From Octopus sinensis (Eukaryota), in contig NC_042997.1 in the NCBI RefSeq assembly GCF_006345805.1, positions 185,566,001 through 185,630,000 of the forward strand: a stretch of DNA of 64,000 nt, in the 5' to 3' direction. Each line of letters starts with the position of its first letter. Position 1 is the first letter of the stretch. Below, piece after piece: positions 10,346 through 22,603 of the stretch. Made by a program: the position numbers and the translations under genes. The notes under the pieces were generated by a model, which saw only the letters and a list, made by a program, of their open reading frames with translations, searched no databases and had not been told where the DNA came from.

Positions 10346-10720
10346 AGGCGACGAGCTGGCTGAATCGTTAGCATGCCGGGCGAAATGCTTTGCGGTATTT
10401 CGTCTGCCGCTACGTTCTGAGTTCAAATTCCGCCGAGGTCGACTTTGCCTTTCATCCTTTCGGGGATCGATAAATTAAGTACCAGTTACGCACTGGGGTC
10501 GATGTAATCGACTTAATCCGTTTGTCTGTCCTTGTTTGTCCCCTCTATGTTTAGCCCCTTGTGGGTAGTAAAGAAATAGGTATTTCGTCCAGCTTTACGT
10601 TCTGAATTCAAATTCCTTCAAGGTCGACTTTACCTTTCGGATACCAGTTGAGGTGAGTACTGGGGTCAAAGTAGACGGTTAGCTCCCTCCCTCGAAATTG
10701 CTGGCCTTGTGCCAAAATTT
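10346..10720 (+). mobile_element. SINE group A with internal tandem restart
   Basis: GGCGACGAGCTGGC..TCGTTAGCATGCCGGGCGAAATGC head; junction AAAGAAATAG|GTATTTCGTC at ~10580. Confidence 0.9.
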
Positions 10721-10780
10721 CAAACTTTCATCATCATCATCATCATCACCACCACCTCAACCACCACCACCAGCGCCATC

Positions 10781-10819
<39 letters not shown>

Positions 10820-10824
<5 letters not shown>

Positions 10825-11070
10825 TAGTATATTTTTTATATCGAGCTTTCACTTCACTACCGAGCGCAGCTGTGTGTGTCTTGGGTATGTGCTGTGATTT
10901 GTTGTGATGCTCTGATGGTTATTGTATGGAAAGTGTTCTGTGTAGGATGTGTGCAATGCCTAGTAGTGCAATTTTCTGTATGTTATATGTGTTTGTAAGT
11001 CCTGGTGTTTTTGTTATGTATTTGTCTGAATATTTTTTTATCATGCCTAATGCACCTATTATGATAGGAA
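10820..11070 (-). mobile_element. 3' end fragment of R4/Dong-clade LINE in (ATT)n
   Basis: Near-identical reverse complement of 62940-63193; (ATT)n tracts on both sides. Confidence 0.9.
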
Positions 11071-11100
11071 TATTATTATTGTTATTGTTATTATTATTAT

Positions 11101-11199
<99 letters not shown>

Positions 11200-11944
11200 T
11201 TTACTAGTATTGATGTTGTTGTTGCTGTTGGTTGTAAGGAAAAGGATGAACTCTATGAGTTTATCAGTAACAACTTCACGTATAAGGCCCGCTTGTGTAT
11301 TGGTTGGCATTTATATGTGTATGTATAGACGAATGTGTGTATACGAGTGCAGTATGCATTTATGCTTGCATATATGTGCGTGTTCTTGTATGTGTTTGCA
11401 TATGTAGGCGCACTCGTGTCGAAGTGCATGTCTGTTCGTGACCCTTCGCCGCCATAAAAAAGAAAAAAAAAACTCACCAAAAATAACAAGGCAAATCAAT
11501 GCGTCAATCGGACAGAAATCTAAAGATATTAACAAAGAAGCACTTACCGCCTTGCCAAATAAAACAGAGACATGGGCTGGATTGATTACACTATTGAACA
11601 ATTAAATTAGTGGTGCGTAGTAAGTATACTATTTACTGAGAACACGATGAATAACTTCTCAACAGTATTATATTATTGTACAAGTTTGTTTGTGACGGTG
11701 GGGGTTGGAACAGTATCCATAGCATATTGAAAAAGAAGTGAAATGCTTGAGTGGTCACGGCATTCATTGGATTACCTTCGTAAAGATATCTTGAGTTCAA
11801 ATCTAGGCTAATGCGTTTTTATTGTGTATTTTGAAAAAAATAAAATAAAATAAGATATTCTTCGTTTTACAGTTCATCTAACAGTCTGAATTAGGCAACA
11901 TATTATCAGAGAATATTACCTGAGAGAGACTTGCGTACAGGCCA

Positions 11945-12260
11945 GGAGGAGTGTGTGGTAAGAGGTTTATTTCACAACCACACACACACAAAACACACAG
12001 TCCGGGACTTAGGTCTACTGCGTGGCACTTTGGCCAAGTGTCTTCTTTTATAGTTCTGGTTCGAACGAAGCATTGTGAGAGAGAGTTGGTTGACAAAAAC
12101 GCAAAGAAGCCTGTCACTGATACGCACGCACACACACACACACACAGCCGAAATTGCGAAGATAATCGGCTACTTGCCTGAGGAAAGAAAACTTCGAATC
12201 ACCCGTCCTTGTTTTCTTTGTATCGTCTATCTGGATGTTTTGCGTTCTTGTCCATTTTGT

Positions 12261-12310
<50 letters not shown>

Positions 12311-12361
12311 ATATATATATAATATATATATGCATGTGTGTGTGTGTGAGTGTGTGTGTGC

Positions 12362-12393
<32 letters not shown>

Positions 12394-12635
12394 ATGTATA
12401 TGTTGCTGTGTGTATTTGTATTTGTCTGCCACCACCGCTTGGCAACCAATGTTGGTTTGTTTACGGCTCCGTAACTTAGCGGTTTGCAAAAAGAGACAAA
12501 TAGTATAGAATAAGTACCAGGTTTAAGGAGACGAATTAGCTCTGGGATCGATTTGTTTGGCTAAAGCTTTCACAGCGTTGCTCCAGCATGTCCGTAGTCT
12601 ATTTGACTGAAACAAATAAAAGAATAAAAGAAAGG
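11945..12635 (+). mobile_element. SINE group B interrupted in its internal microsatellite by a short insertion
   Basis: Head/core at 11945-12125 and 3' half at 12345-12635, with unrelated 12145-12260 plus (TA)n between them. Confidence 0.75.
12145..12260 (+). mobile_element. Unclassified (TA)n-associated short repeat
   Basis: CTGAGG..CTTCGAAT..CCCGTCC..TTCTTTGT.TCGTC..TGTTT..GTTCTTGTCCAT is shared with 37000-37125 (minus strand). Confidence 0.55.
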
Positions 12636-13674
12636 AAAAAGAATGAATACCATGAATGTTATACGGGACAATTTTGTAAAGAACGTTAAACACAATTAAA
12701 TCACTGCTATTTGATTTTTGATATTTATTTTGATAAACCTGGAAAGATAAATGGGAAGAATAAAAGATAAATTTGGATAAATAAGAAGATCGAGATTAAA
12801 TATTTAGTCCGACGCTTTATATTAAGACCTTTGTCACAATTACAATGATTCCTCTGCGCGCTAGAATAAGATTTTAGTCGATGTCATCTACACTTTTACG
12901 TGACTGGTTTCTGTTTCGACAGTTCCGGAGAGATCTTAGCTAAAAAATACAGAATGATAAAATGAATCACCATAATAGCTGTAATTTTTTCCTTCAGTAA
13001 CTTATCCTGTGCTAAGTCGTAATCTCAACTATTTTTGGCAGAAAAATAACACGTCTTCAAAGCACTTAATGCAGTCCTCAACTTCCAACCGTATCAATTT
13101 TTAAAATACTAGAATACTTTTTACACTTACCTCTTTAGTGATGTTAAACACTATATAGCTGATAATCTAGCGATCTCAATGTGCAGTCGTCTTTAGTTTT
13201 TTTCAAATTGTAAAGCATTTAATCCGGCTCTCCACCGATATTTTTTAAATGCTTTTATATGTAATACGTACAGTTCAGCTGCGATCATATGTACGTACCT
13301 CATCAGTTTTCAAGCATTTAGTCTGGTACTTAACCCACGTAAATTTTCAGTTTTAAATGCAGTTTTAAATCTCTTTATTTATTCCTTCCTTGACCTCTTC
13401 AATTTTAAAATACCTCAAAGCATTTACACTGATGCTCAACACTCCTAAATTTCTCTTCAAATACTGTAAACTATAGTAGAACAAAAAAGAAAAAGAAACA
13501 AATCCAAACAACAATTAACCGGTCTCCACGAGTTAATTGTTATTTGGATTAACGGAGAAAAGTATTGCGAGACCGTTTACATTTATTTTTAATTCAACTA
13601 AAATGTGACTGTTAGGAAATCCTAATCTCAACTGGTTTATGGAACTCATATAAATCGTAGTTTATTTTTATTTA

Positions 13675-13937
13675 TGCGCCCCTTTCAAGCCTAGCCAGGC
13701 TCATGGGCCCGGTTTCCCGGTGTCTATGGCATATGTGTTCCCCCCAGCTAGACGGGACGCCAGTCCATCGTAGCGTTACTCAAGAAACAGGAAGAAAGAG
13801 TGAGAGAAAGTTGGGGCGAATGAGTACAACGTGGGTCGCCACCACCCTCTGCCGGAGCCTCGTGGAGCTTTTAGGTGTTTTCCCTCAATAAACACACACA
13901 ACGCCCGATCTGGGAATCGAAACCGCGATCCTCCGAC
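13675..13937 (-). mobile_element. SINE group C (head C1 + tail X)
   Basis: Reverse complement: GATCGCGGTTTCGATTCCCAGATCGGGCGTTG..GAGGGAAAACACCTAAAAGCTCCACGAGGCTCC..GATGGACTGGCGTCCCGTC..GAAACCGGGCCCATGAGCCTGGCTAGG. Confidence 0.9.
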
Positions 13938-14853
13938 TTATACCTGCCCTGAAATTTCTGGCCCTGTACTAAAATTTGAAAGCAATATATACACAGCATG
14001 AAGGCGTTTAGTTATAGCTCTGATGTTACAAAGCAGATACTATATGAAAAAGATATACAACATTTAATGATTGGAAATAATTGGATAAAATTCGAGATTA
14101 GATTTTATAAAGAATTCATCTCTAAAATCACTACCTTTATAACCAACAGGGATCTGTTATATGCTTATTCGACTTGCTAGAAATACTAGCCGAATTTCCC
14201 AAAGGTCGCAGTCAACGACATATTGGTCAATGTTATACTTTATGTTCTCTGAATGAAAAATAATCTAGTTGACTATAGCTGTAACGTTTTTGATTACGCA
14301 TTTGATTGATGAGGGTGCACTTGAGTTTAAAAGAAACAGCAGTATCAAAAACAGTAAGAAGTATTATCATTACCAGTAAATACACACATAAACACAGACC
14401 CCCCCACACACACACACACATGTATGTATATGTATTTATGTTATATATATAAATATAAGAGATAATTTTCGTGTAAGCAGATTGGATGCGATGTTCTAAG
14501 TATTTTTTGCTTTTCTTTTCAGTTCTACATTTCTTAAGTTCTCCCATTTTTCGGACAGTCCCAGCATAGCCACAGCTCGCGGGCTGAAACAGGTAGAAGA
14601 TAAAAAGCATAGAATAACCTCACTGTCTGCCCGTGAGAGATTTGTCTTCTTTCTGCTATGCCAACCACTGTTGAACTGCATATTTTGATTTGTGAAAGAC
14701 AAAACTCTCTTTCAAACGCCATTTATATTTACTTAGTTGTCGAGCCACTTCATTGTTGCTTAAACTGCGAAAAGTAGCGGCAACATCTCTCTCTCTCTCA
14801 CTCTCCCAAGAATACATCTCTTCTATTTTAATGGGGAGTATTATATAATATGT

Positions 14854-15100
14854 GGAGGCGCGTGGCTTAGTGGTTAGGGTGTCAGTGCCATGATCGTAAG
14901 ATTGTGGTTTCGATTATTGGACCGGGCGACGCGTTGTGTTCTTGAGCAAAACATTTCATTTCACGTTGCTCCAGTCCACCCAGCTGGCAAAAATGAGTAA
15001 CGATGCGATGGACTGGCGTCCCGTTCAGCTGGAGAACACATACGCCATAGAAACCGGGAAACCGGGCCCATGAGCCTGGCTAGGCTTTAAAAAGGGCGCA
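14854..15100 (+). mobile_element. SINE group C (head C2 + tail X)
   Basis: GGAGGCGCGTGGCTTAGTGGTTAGGG (A box)..GGTTTCGAT (B box)..TTCTTGAGCAAAAC..GATGGACTGGCGTCCCG..GAAACCGGGCCCATGAGCC. Confidence 0.9.
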
Positions 15101-15365
15101 TAAAAGAAAAAAAAAATTATATGATATAGTCCAAAGTACTCTATATGTGATACAAAAAGTCACGACTGAAACATCTTCGATCATATGTTTGTTAGATCAA
15201 GCACAACATTAGTTACTAAAAAGTCCTTCAACTAAACATTTTCTTCTCCCTTTATCACTTGGTTCTATCTCTCTTATTCTGTCTTCTCATATCTTTTGCG
15301 TACAAAATATCTATTATCCACGAAACACAACCTTCATATTTTTCGGTTTAGTATAGTTATTGTGA

Positions 15366-15598
15366 AGGCGGCGAGCTGGCAGAAATGTTAGCACGCCGGG
15401 CGAAATGCGTAGCCGTATTTCGTCTGCCGTTACGTTCTGAGTTCAAATTCCGTCGAGGTCGACTTTGCCTTTCATCCTTTCGGGGTTGATAAATTAAGTA
15501 CCAGTTACGCATTGGTGTCGATGTAATCGACTTAATCCTTTTGTCTGTCCTTGTTTGTCCTCTCTGTGTTTAGCCCCTTGTGGGTAGTAAAGAAATAA
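15366..15598 (+). mobile_element. SINE group A, full length with TSD
   Basis: Full head to AAAGAAATA; flanked by AGTATAGTT(A/T)TTGTG on both sides. Confidence 0.92.
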
Positions 15599-15820
15599 GT
15601 ATAGTTTTTGTGTAGCCTAGTCACAGCTGGCCAAGGCAAAACTGATCAAGAGTCATTAATTTATTTCATCTACCGTGCTGCATAAGGGGAATCTTCAAAT
15701 CTTCCTATTTTCAACGGGTCATTCGACATATATCTAAACAACAATGTTGGTATAGAGTTGAATGTTTCATTGATTTGCAGTGCTGGGTTAAATTCGTCAA
15801 AGGAATAATTTTTGCATAAA

Positions 15821-15984
15821 AGGCGTTGAAGTGGCTGTGTGGTAAATAGTTTGCTTACCAACCACATGGTTTCGGGTTCAGTCCCACTGCGTGGCACATT
15901 GGGCAAGTGTCTTCTACTATAGCCTCGAGCCGACCAAAGCCTTGTGAGTGGATTTGGTAGACGGAAACTGAAAGAAGCCCGTCG

Positions 15985-16015
<31 letters not shown>

Positions 16016-16247
16016 GTGTGTGTGTGTGTGTATACGTTTGTGTGTCTGTGTTTGTTCCCCCAACATCGCTTGATAACCGATGCTGGTGTGTTTACGTCCC
16101 CGTAACTTAGCGGGTCGGCAAAAGTGACTATTAGAAGTACTAGGCTTACAAAGAATAAGTCCTGGGGTCGATTTGCTCGACTAAAGGCGGTGCTCCAGCA
16201 TGGCTACAGTCAAATGATTGAAACAAGTAAAAGAGTAAAAGAATAAA
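15821..16247 (+). mobile_element. SINE group B, full length
   Basis: Head, core and GTAAAAGAGTAAAAGAATAAAA tail. Confidence 0.92.
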
Positions 16248-17366
16248 ATTAAGTGAAGAACTTCGCTTTTAGAAGATGTGATTCTGTGACAGCTATGTTT
16301 TTCTCAGAAGCGATAATGATACGAGGAGAATTGACAATTCAAAGGGAATAGATTCAGTGACTCAAAGTTAGGCTACGTCTAATGAATACTTGCGAGTTTG
16401 ATTTCTTCAACACGCATTAAATCTAGTTTTAGAAGCGAGGAATGTGAAAATGGGACCGGTTTTTCTCTGTGGCAAAGAATTACTGACATAAAGGAAATTA
16501 GTTGAATCTATATAGGAATATATCGTTAGTTGAGAATTTGGCCTTTTTACAAAAAAGTTATCCCTGTAATGATAGACCATGATGGAGGATTCCACGTGGT
16601 GACTCAGGTTATTTGAAACAACATCCAAACCTTGCTTATATCACACCCTACACTGGTTGTAAAAGAACAAAAAAAAATCAAGCGTGAAAAACCAGATGGG
16701 AAGGTCACGCTTGGGACTTCTTAGGTCAGCTTCATTAGGATTAATCTGGGGCTGAGCCATAAAATCTCAAGATGAGTAACTTTCATAATAAGAAGGCAGA
16801 AAACATCCGTTAGAAATAGCTGAGGCGAGTTGTAAGAAATTTAATCAAAGTTATCAATCAGACTGGTGTCAATTATATTTGAGACGTCAATGAAAGTTTA
16901 ACTCTGCCACATGAATTTGAGCTCTGGATGACTTCCCTAAGCTACAGTCGGTTAATTCCGACTGGTGTTAGTAAATTCAAACTACGCTCGGTTACAGTCG
17001 GACTCCTCCGGCTATCATCGCCTACATATGGCTTTTATATGATGACTCAACGATTTTCATTCGGGATTTTACAGTTGTGATTACCGAAACTCTTTTCTAA
17101 TACAAATCGTGATTACCGAAGAAATCCGTTTGCATAAGTGGCAGATATGTGATGTGGAATGATCCCCTTCACTGCGTAGTAATTTGTCATATAAAGGGTT
17201 AAATTAAAGATTGCAATATTCCGTTGATTCATGCAGAACTTGACATGATATACAGCTTAGCTTAAACATTTGTATCAGTAGAATTATCTCACTTCTATTC
17301 TGATAACAACGGTTTGTCTTAGTAGTTGCCTTTTCCTTACGATCTTGTTTACTCGCTCTACTATAT

Positions 17367-17420
<54 letters not shown>

Positions 17421-17505
17421 CTTTCTCTTTCACACACGCACATACATATAATACACATATATGTACAGATATATATAGATTCAATATAATATATACATAT
17501 ATATA

Positions 17506-17547
<42 letters not shown>

Positions 17548-17719
17548 ATATATATATATAATATATATTATGTGAAATAGAAAGATGAATAATCTTGTAG
17601 TAGATTAATCAAAAGTTTAACCGATACTTAGTAGCAAAAATCACAGCAGTAAACAGCACGGTTGGAGGTACAACCATCTGGCGTTGCAACCGTGCGTTGG
17701 TGCGGATAATTGAAATTAA

Positions 17720-18008
17720 AACATTATTGGTGAATTGAAGAAATGGAGCTGAACGCAGATTGAACAGAAATCGTTTTATTTCATTCTACACGTGTTTCGA
17801 AAGGCACAAATTACCAAAATCCGATTGAATAATGGGACCATATTTTCTTCCTTTTTTCCTTTTTTCTTCCTGAAGAGAAAGACACAATATGGTCCCATTA
17901 TTCAATCGGATTTTGGTAATTTGTGCCTTTCGAAACACGTGTAGAATGAAATAAAACGATTTCTGTTCAATCTGCGTTCAGCTCCATTTCTTCAATTCAC
18001 CAATAATG

Positions 18009-18010
<2 letters not shown>
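17720..18010 (+). mobile_element. Perfect 125-bp foldback element carrying a hammerhead (family HH-C), abutting (TA)n
   Basis: 17720-17844 is the exact reverse complement of 17886-18010 (41-bp spacer); (TA)n starts at 18011. Confidence 0.9.
17867..17946 (+). ncRNA. Type I hammerhead ribozyme with intact catalytic core
   Basis: TTC-CTGAAGA-GAAAGACAC(loop)GTGCCTTTC-GAAACACGTGTA/GAA. Stem II closes with G-C; stem III is the palindrome ACACGTGT; predicted cleavage after 17943. Confidence 0.75.
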
Positions 18011-18047
<37 letters not shown>

Positions 18048-18168
18048 TAGATAGATAGATAGATATATAGATAGATATAGATATGTTCATATGTATGCCT
18101 GTATGTTTGCAGCTAGGCAATACATATTTATGAACATGTATACATACGTAGATACATAGATACATACA

Positions 18169-18204
<36 letters not shown>

Positions 18205-18326
18205 GGTATATGCATATATATGTGTGCGTGCGTAATACAGACATACTTATCTATCCATCTCTCTATATATATATATATCTATATATATCTCTATTTCTCT
18301 CTCTCTCTCTATTTATATAATATATA

Positions 18327-18364
<38 letters not shown>

Positions 18365-18385
18365 TTATACATACATATGCATCTG
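18011..18385. repeat. Compound (TA)n/(GATA)n/(TATG)n microsatellite
   Basis: Direct inspection. Confidence 0.9.
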
Positions 18386-19002
18386 TGTATTATTAGACAC
18401 ACCACATACACATTTTCGTTAAGTTGTTTCACTTCTATTTCTTCCCTTATTCTGTTCAAACCGAAGTCGCTTTCGTCCTTACTTTACTTCTAAATTTTCG
18501 TCATTCAACGAAAAGCTGTGATATATTTATCAAATGAAGCATTAAATGCAAACAGTTTTTTCTTTCAATGCAATGGCAATATTGACGCAATGCTTGTTTT
18601 ACCAAAATACAGCAATTTGCATAATGTTGAAATAGTATATAAACTGAAGGGTAAATTATAGCCGTATAAGAATTGACTTGTCAGTTCTTGCATAAACAAA
18701 ACACATCAAAATCAATATGGCTTCCACCAGTTTGTCGACTCTGCTCAGGAGGATCGGCAATGAAGTGGTTTTCGTCTCCACCATTTGTTTATTTCAGTGA
18801 AGTATCGATAAATCTCTTTACGCAATGAATAGAACTGATCAGCAATTTGCAGAGTATATACATATATCCACCCATACAACCGCATACAGATAATTTGCTA
18901 TTTTATAATGCATCTCTGGAGAGAGACTTTGCTTTAACATACACATATATATGCTTATATATGCGTACCTACACACACACGCGCTCACACACAGATTGAA
19001 AA

Positions 19003-19005
<3 letters not shown>

Positions 19006-19095
<90 letters not shown>
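19006..19095. repeat. (GATA)n microsatellite
   Basis: Direct inspection. Confidence 0.95.
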
Positions 19096-19124
19096 GGTAT
19101 ATATAGATATGTTTATAAATATGT

Positions 19125-19319
19125 ATGTGTACCGTTGGCGATTTTTTCCCTGTCTTCCCTTCTCTGCATCTTTCTTTTTCCTATGTTTCTGATGAAGAGC
19201 TCCGCTCGAAACGTAAACCCTCCGTCTTCCCTTCCTTCCTGAGCGTCCAATAATACTATATTGTTCCACCTCCTCGCGTTGTTGTGTGTTTCTCTTTGGG
19301 TTTTCATGTTTGGTTAATT

Positions 19320-19322
<3 letters not shown>
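19125..19322 (+). mobile_element. Short hammerhead-bearing element (family HH-D) ending at (TA)n
   Basis: Pyrimidine-rich body containing the HHR motif, lying between (GATA)n and (TA)n. Confidence 0.6.
19183..19219 (+). ncRNA. Minimal type I hammerhead motif
   Basis: GTTT-CTGATGA-A-GAGC(TCC)GCTC-GAAACGTA/AAC. Stem III is the palindrome ACGT; an extra A follows A9; stem I is 1 nt out of register. Confidence 0.65.
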
Positions 19323-19369
<47 letters not shown>

Positions 19370-19490
19370 TTATATATATGTACATATGATATATAAAATG
19401 GCGCTATATATATAATTGCACATACATACATGCATAGATGCATGCATACATACATACATACATACATACATACATACATACATACATACA

Positions 19491-19521
<31 letters not shown>

Positions 19522-20246
19522 TATGTATAAACGTCCATGTTTAGATACAAACAACGTCGCTATTTCTCAACGAATTTTTACCAAATTTTTCAGGGAGATT
19601 AGGTGCAGCCTGAAAGACTGACTGTATAAAATCATCTGTGTCCCATTGTATGAATCTTAAAAGAATTATAGAACAATTGGAAGTAGTTGCGTAGGAGTAT
19701 TAGTGTAGGATACAAAAACGTCGGTTTGTCATGACAAGATCTGTTTTCATTTTTTATTCAGCCTTTCCTTCGTGTCAGTCTTTCTGTCTCACCCACACTT
19801 ACACACGCACACACAAACACGGTGGAACAACAACACAATCATACGCATGTGTATATATTTATAGAGTGCATATATATCTATGTTGCCATGTTCGTTTGTC
19901 GGTAAGATTAACAAAAGTATGTACTCAATCCAGCAAGAGATATGTATCATTTAATGACTATAGGAAGAAGTCCTTTGGTGAAGTCCTGTGGTGAAGATTC
20001 ACGCTCAGCTAGTGCAGTTATCAAACCGACAATTGTTCAGGCTCAAATGACATGGGCACTCTGGGGAAATGCGAGAAAATTCGAGAGGAAAATCCCGCTT
20101 CACTTCATGGTGTGTTTTATATTGTTGTCCCAGATATGGCTAACTAGTTGTATGACTGGAATTTCTTCATCTAATGAGTTAAAGGAACACAAATCCTTCC
20201 TTCATTTTACTTAACGGCTTACTCTCGTCTTTTTTTTAAATATATA

Positions 20247-20707
20247 CTAGCAGCATAGCCCGACATTGCCCGGGTATGTAAGAGCCCCTAGTAGGCAACG
20301 ACTAATCCCAATCTAGTCCTTTCCCTCTAGGGAACGAAGGCGCATGTGTAGGTTGCAATGTCTTCTCTTCAATCGAATATTTCTGTGTATACGATATTCT
20401 TAGCTGTCCCTTTGGGCGAAAACATGAAAACATCATTGTGCCTCCCAACGCGTGAACAGCCCACGTACAGCCCAGAAAATGTGTCGCATATAAAAAGCTT
20501 AGATTCTCGACCCCATGTCGAATTTATCGATTTTTTCAGAACTGGGGGAACTTTTCAAAATTTTCTCTGCGTTAGTTTTGAATTATGACATTGGACTATG
20601 TGTGTGTCAAGTTTCATCAGAATCGGTTGAAAGCCGTGGTCAGGGTGAGGGTACAACCTGACAGACACACAGACACACAGACAGACAAACTGCTGTTTAT
20701 ATATAGA
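20247..20707 (-). mobile_element. Non-autonomous Helitron-like element
   Basis: Reverse complement homologous to 5379-5762; CTAG terminus with nearby CCCGGGCAATGTCGGG hairpin; TC-TATATATA start. Confidence 0.8.
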
Positions 20708-20871
20708 GGGATAATCTATTCCCGTTGTTTTTTTCTCGCGTTTCTTCAGGCTCATTTTAGCCTGATTGACTGCCGGATCGTGCAGATACCCTATAATAAG
20801 AAGCCTGTCCGATTACTGCATTACTTGCGCAACGTCCTGTGAAACATTGTATGTAGACCGTAGATTAATGG

Positions 20872-21102
20872 TTCACAAATGTGTTTGGTTAGAGTATTGC
20901 TCTCATGATCGTAAGATTGTGATTTCGGACGACGTCTTGTGTTCTTGGGCAAATATTTCATTTCCGGTGGTCCAGTATATTCAACCGGCAAAACTTAGTG
21001 TTCCTGCGACTGACCGACGTCCCATTCAGCTGGGGAATATATACCACACAGAATCGGGAAAACGGCCTTATGACCCAATGGCACGAGAAAGATCTTTGGC
21101 CC
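20872..21102 (+). mobile_element. SINE group C (head C2 + tail X), degenerate
   Basis: CATGATCGTAAGATTGTGATTTCG..TTCTTGGGCAA..CGTCCCATTCAGCTGGGGAA..GGGAAAACGGCC. Confidence 0.7.
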
Positions 21103-21162
<60 letters not shown>

Positions 21163-21171
21163 ATAATAAAT

Positions 21172-21255
21172 ATTAGGGAATAAATCCAAATTTACAGGGA
21201 AAAAAATCAGATTTAGGATTAAATCCAATTTTATAGTAAAATATTATATAATATT
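21172..21255 (+). mobile_element. Unclassified (TA)n-associated AT-rich repeat terminus
   Basis: ATTAGGGAATAAATCC.AA.TTACAGGGAAAAA.TCAGATTTAGGATT recurs at 38761 and, diverged, at 37383, each directly after (TA)n. Confidence 0.7.
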
Positions 21256-21291
21256 AATTTGGTAAATGATGCCGAATTTTACACTTCTGTA

Positions 21292-21328
<37 letters not shown>

Positions 21329-21453
21329 TAATAATATTTATAGGCTTAAATCTTCTAAGAATCACCGTGCATTGACAAAGATAAATAGTCTAATGGTAGA
21401 GCATACATACATACATATATACATATGTATAATTTTGTATTATATATATCATA

Positions 21454-21605
21454 GCCGCAGGAGTGGCTGTGTGGTAACCACATGGTTCCGGGTTCAATCC
21501 CACTGCGTGGCATCTTGGGCATGTGTCTTCTGTTATAACCTCAGTCCGACCAAAGCCTTCTGAGTGGAAACTGAAAGAAGCCTGTCGTATATATATGTGT
21601 GTGTA
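21454..21605 (+). mobile_element. SINE group B, 5' half
   Basis: GCCGCAGGAGTGGCTGTGTGGTAA..GGGTTCAATCCCACTGCGTGGC. Confidence 0.85.
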
Positions 21606-21869
21606 TGTTTGTAAGAGTTGTAAAGTCTTTATGTTCGTTCCAAATGAATTTTAATGGGTGGCCACTTGGAGAAGAGTGAAATGGAGGAATGTCAAGCTAC
21701 TAACAGCTTGTGTTTATTTTTTTGACAGTTTTTTTTTCTTGAGTCAACATGCCAGGGGCTAAAAGTTTGACCGGTGAAGACAAATAACTTAAACCCAATT
21801 AAGACAATCAAAATATATACAGTAACATGTACTTAATACAAAACGCGCACATGAACACAAATAGACGTA

Positions 21870-22077
21870 TATGCATACATACGTACATACACACATACAT
21901 ATATGCACATCACTCTCTCCCTCATCTCTCTCTATATATATACATATATATGTGTGTGTGTATTCATATGTAAATATATATATATATATATATTATATAC
22001 ATACATATATACATATTTACATATACATACATTATACATATACATACATACATACATACATATACATACATACATAC

Positions 22078-22126
<49 letters not shown>

Positions 22127-22195
22127 AAATACACCTATATAATATATATATATATATATATATATGCATACATATATATATATTACATATATATA
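21870..22195. repeat. Compound (TA)n/(CATA)n microsatellite
   Basis: Direct inspection. Confidence 0.9.
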
Positions 22196-22197
22196 TC

Positions 22198-22310
22198 TTT
22201 TATCTTTTACTTGCTTCAGTCATTTGACTGCAGCCATGCTGGGGCAACCGCCTTGAAGGGTTTTCATCGAATAAATCGTCCCCAATGACTTGTAAGCCTA
22301 GTACTTAGTC
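22198..22310 (-). mobile_element. SINE group B, 3' fragment
   Basis: TTTTACTTGCTTCAGTCATTTGACTGCAGCCATGCTGGGGC. Confidence 0.8.
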
Positions 22311-22442
22311 TCTGTGTGTGTGTGTCTTTCTCTCTCTCCCTCTTTGTCTGTCGGTCTGTCTCTCTCTCTCTTTTTATATATATATATACATATGTATATA
22401 CATACATGCATACATACATATACATACATACGTACATACACA

Positions 22443-22475
<33 letters not shown>

Positions 22476-22566
22476 GTGTATATTTATGTATACATACTTA
22501 TGTATATATGAACTTACCTACACCATAAACACATACATATATACATACTGAGAGCCAGAGAGAAAG

Positions 22567-22603
<37 letters not shown>

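Noticed and set aside
14854-14930. tRNA-like sequences with A and B boxes (all SINE heads)
   Set aside because: No complete cloverleaf or acceptor stem; each continues into a SINE body, so none is a tRNA gene
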